Shown here piece by piece: positions 57,756 to 64,000 of a stretch of DNA of 64,000 bases. Each line of letters opens with the position of its first letter. Within the stretch, counting starts at the first letter, position 1. Origin of the DNA: Polyangiaceae bacterium. GTDB taxonomy: Bacteria; Myxococcota_A; Polyangia; Polyangiales; Polyangiaceae. The position numbers were made by a program, and so were the translations under genes. The notes under the pieces were generated by a model that was not told where the DNA came from, made no database searches, and was given only the letters and a program-made list of their open reading frames with translations. The stretch spans positions 320,001 to 384,000 of the forward strand of contig JBILLK010000006.1 in NCBI GenBank assembly GCA_044376115.1, written 5' to 3'.

Positions 57756-59699
57756 ATGAGTGCGCGCGACCGAGAAGCGTTCGATCCCAACCCCACGCCG
57801 CTTTATCAACCCGCCTCGCAGCTCCAATCTCGCGCCAACGCCTTTGCTCCCACGACGCCGCTCGAAGGTGCCGAACAAACGCTGCTCAGCGCCTTCGATG
57901 CGCGCAAGAACTCCGAGGCGCGCACGATCGTCGCGCCCGAGTCGATGCCCGAGCCAACCCTGAACACGGCTCGTTATGAGTCGCGCGGACTGCTCGGCGC
58001 CGGCGGCATGGGTGAAGTGCGTCTCTCGCGCGATCAGTGGATTGGGCGTGACGTCGCGCACAAGACCCTCCACCCCGACGTGGGCATGAGCCCCGGCGGC
58101 CGCGCGCGCTTCTTGCGTGAGATTCGCGTGCAGGGTCAGCTCGAACATCCGGCGATCGTGCCGGTGTATGACGTCGGAACCAGCGCCAGTGGCGAACTTT
58201 GGTTCACCATGCGCCGCATTCGCGGGCAGACGCTCGCGGAGATCCTCGATGGCCTCGCGCGCGGCGAGGCGAGCTTCCTCGCGCGCTTCTCGCGCCGCAA
58301 GCTACTGACGGCCTTCACCAGCATCGCGCTCGTCGTGCACTACGCCCATACGCGCGGCGTGATCCATCGCGACCTCAAGCCAAGCAACGTCATGCTCGGG
58401 GACTTCGGCGAGGTCTACGTCCTCGACTGGGGCATCGCCAAAGTGATGGGCTCGGAGGAAGTGACCGAGCCGGTCGTCCCCGATGACGAGCCGACCGCTT
58501 CGGGCCGGGTGATCGGCACGCTCGGCTATATGTCGCCGGAGCAGGCGAGGGGCGCCACGCCCGATCCGCGCATCGACGTGTACGCCTTGGGCGTGATGTT
58601 GTTCGAGATCCTGACACTCGAGAGTTTGTTGCAGGAGACTGATCAGCTCAAGGCGCTCGATCAAGTGTTGGACGGGGTTGTCGCACAACCCCGGGTGCGT
58701 CGAGCCGACGCCGACATCCCGCCCGAGCTTGACCTCATCTGCGAGCGGGCCACGTCCAAGCTCCCCGCTGATCGCTTCGAGTCGGCCAAAGCGCTTTCCG
58801 ACGCCGTGGAGCGTTACCTCGATGGGGACCGCGATCTCGAACGGCGGCGCGAGCTGGCCAAGGGCTACTTGGACGCCGCCGAAGAGCGTGGTCAGTCGGC
58901 CTTTGCTTCGGCTTCAGAGGCCCATCGCAGCAGGGTCGGAGCGCTGCGCGACGTGCTTGCTGCGGTGGCGCTGGCACCCGAAGAGCCGCGGGCGATCGAG
59001 TCGCTGGCCAAGCTCGTGCTCGAGCCACCGGAGGGTATACCGGACGAAGCGCACACCGAGCGACAAGAGATCGACGATCTCGCGCGGACGCAGGGCGCGC
59101 TGCTCGGGTACCGCGCGTTTCTTTCGTTCGCGCTCTCCTTTCCGATCATGGTGATCGCCGGGGTTCGAAGTTGGCCGCTGGTTGCGGGAGGTATGCTGAT
59201 CGTGCTGCTCACCGCGTTCATCTTCCGTTGGGTGCATCACACGCGCGTCCCGCGCACTCCGCAGTTCGCACTGCTGCTGCTCCTGTGCTTGATCACCGTG
59301 TTGATTCAAAGCACCTGGCTCGGGCCGTTTGTGCTGATGCCGATCGCGGCCACCATCGTGACGGCGATCTTCGCGCTCTACGCGACGCCGCGTGAGCGCC
59401 CGTGGGCGATCGTTGCGGGGGCGGTGACGGTGCTGATTCCGTTCGCGCTCGAGTGGGTGCCGGGGTTGCCGCGCGGCTTTACGTTCGAAGGTGGTCGGGT
59501 GGTGTTGCACCCACGAGCGCTGGAGTTACCGATGGCGGCGACCACGATCGGTCTTTTGTACACCACGGTGGGTTACGCCATCCTCCCCGCCATCTTCTTG
59601 AGCCGCTTGAAGAACGCCTTGCGTCAATCCGAAGACCGCCAGTTTTTGCAGGCTTGGACGCTCAAGCAGCTGTTCCCACGCAAGACGCCTGCGGGCTGA
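57756..59699 (+). CDS. Serine/threonine protein kinase with C-terminal multi-TM domain
   Basis: GAGGMGEV, HRDLKPSN, DWG, GTLGYMSPE, DVYALG; about 6 hydrophobic segments at the C-terminus. Confidence 0.93.
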   Translation: MSARDREAFDPNPTPLYQPASQLQSRANAFAPTTPLEGAEQTLLSAFDARKNSEARTIVAPESMPEPTLNTARYESRGLLGAGGMGEVRLSRDQWIGRDVAHKTLHPDVGMSPGGRARFLREIRVQGQLEHPAIVPVYDVGTSASGELWFTMRRIRGQTLAEILDGLARGEASFLARFSRRKLLTAFTSIALVVHYAHTRGVIHRDLKPSNVMLGDFGEVYVLDWGIAKVMGSEEVTEPVVPDDEPTASGRVIGTLGYMSPEQARGATPDPRIDVYALGVMLFEILTLESLLQETDQLKALDQVLDGVVAQPRVRRADADIPPELDLICERATSKLPADRFESAKALSDAVERYLDGDRDLERRRELAKGYLDAAEERGQSAFASASEAHRSRVGALRDVLAAVALAPEEPRAIESLAKLVLEPPEGIPDEAHTERQEIDDLARTQGALLGYRAFLSFALSFPIMVIAGVRSWPLVAGGMLIVLLTAFIFRWVHHTRVPRTPQFALLLLLCLITVLIQSTWLGPFVLMPIAATIVTAIFALYATPRERPWAIVAGAVTVLIPFALEWVPGLPRGFTFEGGRVVLHPRALELPMAATTIGLLYTTVGYAILPAIFLSRLKNALRQSEDRQFLQAWTLKQLFPRKTPAG

Positions 59700-59754
59700 G
59701 GGCGCGCGGACCAGATAGTTGGTCGTCCTCGCGGCGGCCATCTAAAGTGCGCTC

Positions 59755-61134
59755 ATGTCGAGGCTCAAGGCCGCTCAATCGGCCCGACTGCTGGCGGTGC
59801 TGGGCTGCGCCTGCGCAGCCGAACCCCAGCCCGAGCTACGCGCGCCGGAGGCTTCAGCGCCTGCTGCCAGTCCCGCACAAACTGCGAGCCGGCCGGTCTG
59901 CGTGCCGCCGGTACCCGTGCCGGATCAATCCGGTCGTCTTGCACCGCTGAGCGTGCCGTTCGACCCAGCACCGATCGAGATCGAACGCGAACACAAGCTC
60001 GCGCGCTTTTACGACGCGCTGGCTGACCTCGCGCAAGGCAAGCGCGACCGTCACGTGCGTGTGGCGGTGTTCGGCGACTCCAACCTCACCATGGACTTCA
60101 CGACTGGTCGCATGCGGCGGCAGTTGTCGCGCATCTTCGGTGAAGGGGGCCACGGCTTCGTCGCGCTGGGCAAGCCGTGGAGTCACTACCGGCATATGGA
60201 CGTCGAGCATGACGTGGTCTCGGGCTGGAAGGCCTATGCGATGACCACCTCGCCCACCGGTGATGGGCTCTACGGGCTTGGCGGCATCGCTGTCGAGGCG
60301 ATGTTTCCGGGCGGGAAGACCTTCGTCAAAACCTCCAAAGCCGATGCGCCGGTGGGGCAGGCGGCCAGTCATTTCAGCGTGCTCTATTTGCAACGGCCCA
60401 AGGGCGGCCGCTTCAAGGTGGAGCTCGACAAGACGCCCAAAGCTGAGATCGAGACGCAAGCGAACGCGGTGGGTTTGGGCGTCTTCGAACTGCAGGCGGA
60501 AGAAGGTCCGCACCGCCTCGACGTGATCGCCGATCGCGGTCCGACGCGCGTGTTCGGCGCAGTGCTCGAGCGCGAAAAGCCGGGCATCATCATTGACTCG
60601 TTCGGGGTCGGGTCGCTCAACACCAAGAGCCTCGGCCGCCACGATGGCGCGCTGTTTCGCTCGATGTTGAAGCTGCGCGACTACGAGCTGGTGATCTTCC
60701 TGCTCGGCGCCAACGACCTGTTCACGATGGACGCCGTGCCCGACACGATGCGCAAAGTCCAAGGGTGGATGAGCGAGGCGGTGCCCGACGCGGCGATGTT
60801 GATGGTGGCGCCGCCCGACCGAGGTTTTCGACGTTCGATGCCGGAGACGTTGCGGGTGGTCGTGCAGCGAGAGGCGCTGGCCAAGGAGCTGGACGTCGCC
60901 TATTGGGACCAGTTCCGCGCGATGGGCGGGCAAGGATCGATGCGAAAGTTCGTCGATACCAAGCTCGCCTTCAGTGATGCCATTCACTACACCGAGCTCG
61001 GCGGCGCCTTTGTCGGGGACCGTTTGCTGGACGCCTTCCTGCGAGGTTTTCAGCGTCGGGCCAGCACGCGGCCCGGTGTTTGCGCGGAAAGCCCCGCGTT
61101 GCTGCAGTCCGCCTCGCTCGACCGACAGCCGTAA
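59755..61134 (+). CDS. GDSL/SGNH esterase lipoprotein
   Basis: VLGC lipobox; VFGDSN, LLGAND, DAIHYT. Confidence 0.85.
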   Translation: MSRLKAAQSARLLAVLGCACAAEPQPELRAPEASAPAASPAQTASRPVCVPPVPVPDQSGRLAPLSVPFDPAPIEIEREHKLARFYDALADLAQGKRDRHVRVAVFGDSNLTMDFTTGRMRRQLSRIFGEGGHGFVALGKPWSHYRHMDVEHDVVSGWKAYAMTTSPTGDGLYGLGGIAVEAMFPGGKTFVKTSKADAPVGQAASHFSVLYLQRPKGGRFKVELDKTPKAEIETQANAVGLGVFELQAEEGPHRLDVIADRGPTRVFGAVLEREKPGIIIDSFGVGSLNTKSLGRHDGALFRSMLKLRDYELVIFLLGANDLFTMDAVPDTMRKVQGWMSEAVPDAAMLMVAPPDRGFRRSMPETLRVVVQREALAKELDVAYWDQFRAMGGQGSMRKFVDTKLAFSDAIHYTELGGAFVGDRLLDAFLRGFQRRASTRPGVCAESPALLQSASLDRQP

Positions 61135-61255
61135 GCCGGCCTTCGGCGGTTCTTCCCTCATCCGCCTTCGGCGGAATGTTCCAATGTCTTTTAACTCGCA
61201 ATTGGTTCCCCCGCGCATTGAACAACGCACAGGTTCAGTGCAACGATAGGGGGCT

Positions 61256-61582
61256 GTGAAGATTCGAGTTGCTGCCGGTGCGCTGCTCGTGATGCTGATG
61301 GCCCCTGTGGTGGCGTCGTCGGATGAGCCTTCATTGCCGTTGCTGCTCCAACCTCAGCCGATCATCTTCGTGAACAAGCCACTGCTTCGCGCAGCCAGCC
61401 CTGCGGCAGCCAGCCCTGCTGCTGTGAGCCCTGTCGCAGCCAGGGAGCGCAACGCGGTCGTCCCGCAAGAAGCCGCGACGCCAGTGGAGCCTGTAGTGGT
61501 TTCGATCGACTGTGACGGCGGTGGTTGCGCTGTTTCCAGCGGCCTGCAAGTCCAGGTGATCGCCGCCAGTCGTCCGCGCTAA
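61256..61582 (+). CDS. Hypothetical secreted protein
   Basis: GTG start after AGGGGG; signal peptide; AASPA repeats; CDGGGC near the C-terminus. Confidence 0.5.
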   Translation: MKIRVAAGALLVMLMAPVVASSDEPSLPLLLQPQPIIFVNKPLLRAASPAAASPAAVSPVAARERNAVVPQEAATPVEPVVVSIDCDGGGCAVSSGLQVQVIAASRPR

Positions 61583-61593
61583 ACTGCCGGGAG

Positions 61594-62553
61594 ATGCGCT
61601 CTTCGTTCACTTCCTTTCGCTGGTTTGCTTCGTTCAACCGGAGCTTGGCGCTCGTACTGACGCTTGCTTCGACGGTCTCATGTGGTGGAGACAGCTCCGG
61701 TTCGGGCGGCGCTGACGCTCCCACAGGGGGCGCTGGAGCGGCTGGAGCAGGCGTCGTGAGCGGTGGTAGCTCCGCAGGCGGTAACGCGGCGGGCGGTAAC
61801 TCCGCGGGCGGTGCGGCAGCCGGCGGCAGTTCGGCCGGTGGTAGTTCGGCGGGGGGCTCGTCGAGCGGCGGTAGTTCAGCCGGCGGCGGCGGTTCTGGCG
61901 GCGGCGCGAGCGTGGCCGGCATCGGGGCGCACAGCCTTTCGTACTTTGCCCAAAGTCAAAACGGTCGGCCGGTCATCAGCTCCCCGGCGCTGCAAACCGC
62001 GGCCTCAGGCAGCACCATCATCGTCAGCACCGGGCGCGGTGTTTTCAACGCCTTCGCGGCTCCCACCGACAACAAGGGCAACAGCCCGTATGCGCAGTTG
62101 GGCGTGCCGCACACCTACACCAACTACCCCCAATCGGGCACCGCGGTTTACAGCTTCGAGGGCGCGATCGGCGGGGCGAATCACGTCGTCAGCAATAGCA
62201 ACCAGCCCTACGACGAGATCACGATGGCCGTGGTCGAGGTCAAAAACGGTAGCAACGTGCAAGACTTCACCTGGGTCGAGCGGCTCAACGGCCAAGCGCT
62301 GACGGCCGCGCCGGTGACCACCACCGGCCCGGCCACGTTGGTCGCCTTTTGGTGGGGAGACGGTGGCGTCGGTGAAGAGAAGATCGCCGTGCCCAACAAC
62401 GGTTTCGTGGTGCTGGATTCGCTCGGCACGCCGGGGGAAGTCGTGCAGTGCTTCGTTGCAGCGAAAGATGTTGCAGCGGCCGGCACGTATGACGTGACCT
62501 GGGATGCCACCCCGCCGCAGGGCGCTCAGCTCTGGCTCGTCGCCGTGCAATAG
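61594..62553 (+). CDS. Lipoprotein with long Gly/Ser linker and beta-rich C-terminal domain
   Basis: ATG 61594 after GGGAG; lipobox STVSC; (GGSSA)n linker. Confidence 0.72.
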   Translation: MRSSFTSFRWFASFNRSLALVLTLASTVSCGGDSSGSGGADAPTGGAGAAGAGVVSGGSSAGGNAAGGNSAGGAAAGGSSAGGSSAGGSSSGGSSAGGGGSGGGASVAGIGAHSLSYFAQSQNGRPVISSPALQTAASGSTIIVSTGRGVFNAFAAPTDNKGNSPYAQLGVPHTYTNYPQSGTAVYSFEGAIGGANHVVSNSNQPYDEITMAVVEVKNGSNVQDFTWVERLNGQALTAAPVTTTGPATLVAFWWGDGGVGEEKIAVPNNGFVVLDSLGTPGEVVQCFVAAKDVAAAGTYDVTWDATPPQGAQLWLVAVQ

Positions 62554-62645
62554 TTGGAGCTGGCAGGCGGGCTAGTGACTCGTGCGGCCAGCTCAGCTGC
62601 CAGACCCGATGGATCCAAGCCCGCCCCGATGCTAACTCGCGTGGC

Positions 62646-63953
62646 ATGTCAAACGCTGGGCCGCTCGACCTCTTGCTGATCTCTGGCGTGCGAGCCGTGG
62701 ATCCGGCGCGCAACCTGGATGGGGACGTGGACTGCGTGGTGGAGCGCGGGGTGATCACGCGGCTGGGCAAAGACGCGATCGGCGCTGAGCTACGCGCCTC
62801 TGAGCGGGCCGTTCACTTCGATGGGCGAGGCAAGCTGCTGCTTCCGGCCTTCGTCGATCTTCACGCGCACGTGCGTGAGCCGGGCGAGGAGTACAAGGAG
62901 GACATTCGCTCGGGTTTGCGCGCCGCAGCGCACGGTGGCTTCGCGCACATTTGCGCGATGCCCAACACCAAGCCGGTGAACGACAAGCGCTCGATCACCG
63001 AGGCCATCGTCGCGCGCGCGCGTGAGGTCGGCGGCCCGACGCTGCATCCGATCGGCGCTATCACCGTGGGGCAGCTGGGCAAAGAGCTGACCGAGGTCGC
63101 CGATCTGCGCGAGGCCGGTGCGGTTGGGATCAGCGATGACGGGCGTTGCGTGATGAACGCTGCAGTGATGCGGCGCGCGCTGCAATACGCCGAGACCTTC
63201 GACATCCCGGTGATCCAACATTGTGAAGATCACGATCTGACCGAAGGCGCCGAGATGCACGAGGGGCGAGTCTCGACCGAGCTTGGGCTGCGCGGTTGGC
63301 CCGCCGTGGCCGAGGACATCATCGTCGCGCGCGACGTGCTGCTGGCCGAGTCGACGCGCGCGAAGTACCACGTCGCGCACGTCTCCACCCGCGGCGCCGT
63401 ACGCATCATTCGCGAGGCGAAGGCGCGCGGCATCCGCGTCACCGCCGAGGTCACGCCGCATCACCTGCTGCTCACCCACGACGCGGTGGTGGGCTATCGC
63501 ACGGCGTGCAAAGTGAACCCGCCGCTGCGCGAAGAGGCCGACGTGTTGGCGCTGCAAGCCGCGCTCGCCGACGGAACGATCGACGCGATCGCTACCGATC
63601 ATGCGCCACATTCGGTGCTGGAGAAGGACTGCGAGTTCTCCGAGGCTCGCCCCGGAATGGTCGGGCTCGAGTTCGCCATCAGCCTGATGTTCCAGCTGGT
63701 TTCACAAGGCAAGCTGCCGCTCGCGCGGCTCGTAGATGCGCTCTCCACCTCCCCGTCGAAGATCATCGCGATCGATCCGCCCACGTTGAAGGAAGGCAAA
63801 CTCGCCGAGCTCGTGCTTTTCGATCCGGCGCGGCCGTACTTGGTCGGAAACCTCGTATCCAAGAGCGAAAATACGCCGTTCTTAGGGCAAACCCTGCAAG
63901 GCCGGGTGCTTTTGACCTTGGCCCGCGGCGAGCTCGTGCATCGGCTGGATTGA
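62646..63953 (+). CDS. pyrC: Dihydroorotase (multifunctional complex type)
   Basis: DLHAHVREPG, AMPNTKP, SDDG, HCED, HVST, EVTPHH, KVNPPLR, ATDHAPH, SKSENTPF. Confidence 0.95.
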   Translation: MSNAGPLDLLLISGVRAVDPARNLDGDVDCVVERGVITRLGKDAIGAELRASERAVHFDGRGKLLLPAFVDLHAHVREPGEEYKEDIRSGLRAAAHGGFAHICAMPNTKPVNDKRSITEAIVARAREVGGPTLHPIGAITVGQLGKELTEVADLREAGAVGISDDGRCVMNAAVMRRALQYAETFDIPVIQHCEDHDLTEGAEMHEGRVSTELGLRGWPAVAEDIIVARDVLLAESTRAKYHVAHVSTRGAVRIIREAKARGIRVTAEVTPHHLLLTHDAVVGYRTACKVNPPLREEADVLALQAALADGTIDAIATDHAPHSVLEKDCEFSEARPGMVGLEFAISLMFQLVSQGKLPLARLVDALSTSPSKIIAIDPPTLKEGKLAELVLFDPARPYLVGNLVSKSENTPFLGQTLQGRVLLTLARGELVHRLD

Positions 63954-64000
63954 CGATCGAGCAGCGCTGTCCGAGCATGCGCCCCATGAGTGAACGACTG

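Noticed and set aside
61135..61177. Twice-repeated gccttcggcgg with a small hairpin after the GDSL gene
   Set aside because: Only a 6-bp stem and no adjacent U tract; too weak to call a terminator, REP element or ncRNA.
63977..64000. Possible start of the next gene (MRPMSERL), perhaps a pyrimidine-operon gene
   Set aside because: Only 8 codons are visible; cannot be supported.

Overview
GC-rich bacterial DNA that looks myxobacterial (Polyangiaceae/Sorangiineae-like). The evidence is MYXO-CTERM tails, Gly/Ser-linker lipoproteins, Hanks-type Ser/Thr kinases and Cys-rich surface proteins. About 44 coding regions are supported; I saw no rRNA, tRNA, CRISPR array or transposase. Main content: (1) A compact minus-strand NRPS-PKS cluster (7759-22726): A-T-KS-AT-ACP-aminotransferase-C-A-T, a PPTase, a CAAX/CPBP-like membrane protein with degenerate catalytic motifs, and a C-A-T NRPS. 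It has no thioesterase; the last NRPS ends in a MinD-like amphipathic tail. A-domain codes read by eye suggest Val, Asn and Gly. (2) A family 2A encapsulin with its cysteine desulfurase cargo (36779-39581). (3) A tandem FIST (NosP-like) sensor locus in which an unlisted 58-aa ORF is a free-standing copy of the N-terminus of the downstream histidine kinase (53601-57564). (4) A rhodanese-HTH-cupin fusion regulator beside ArsC-like and Rieske-flavoprotein genes. (5) A second, divergent EF-G behind a structured leader with a short upstream ORF. The rest is housekeeping and envelope genes (lysC, speE, pyrC, PBP, L,D-transpeptidase, GDSL esterases). All calls come from motif reading by eye; no searches were run.
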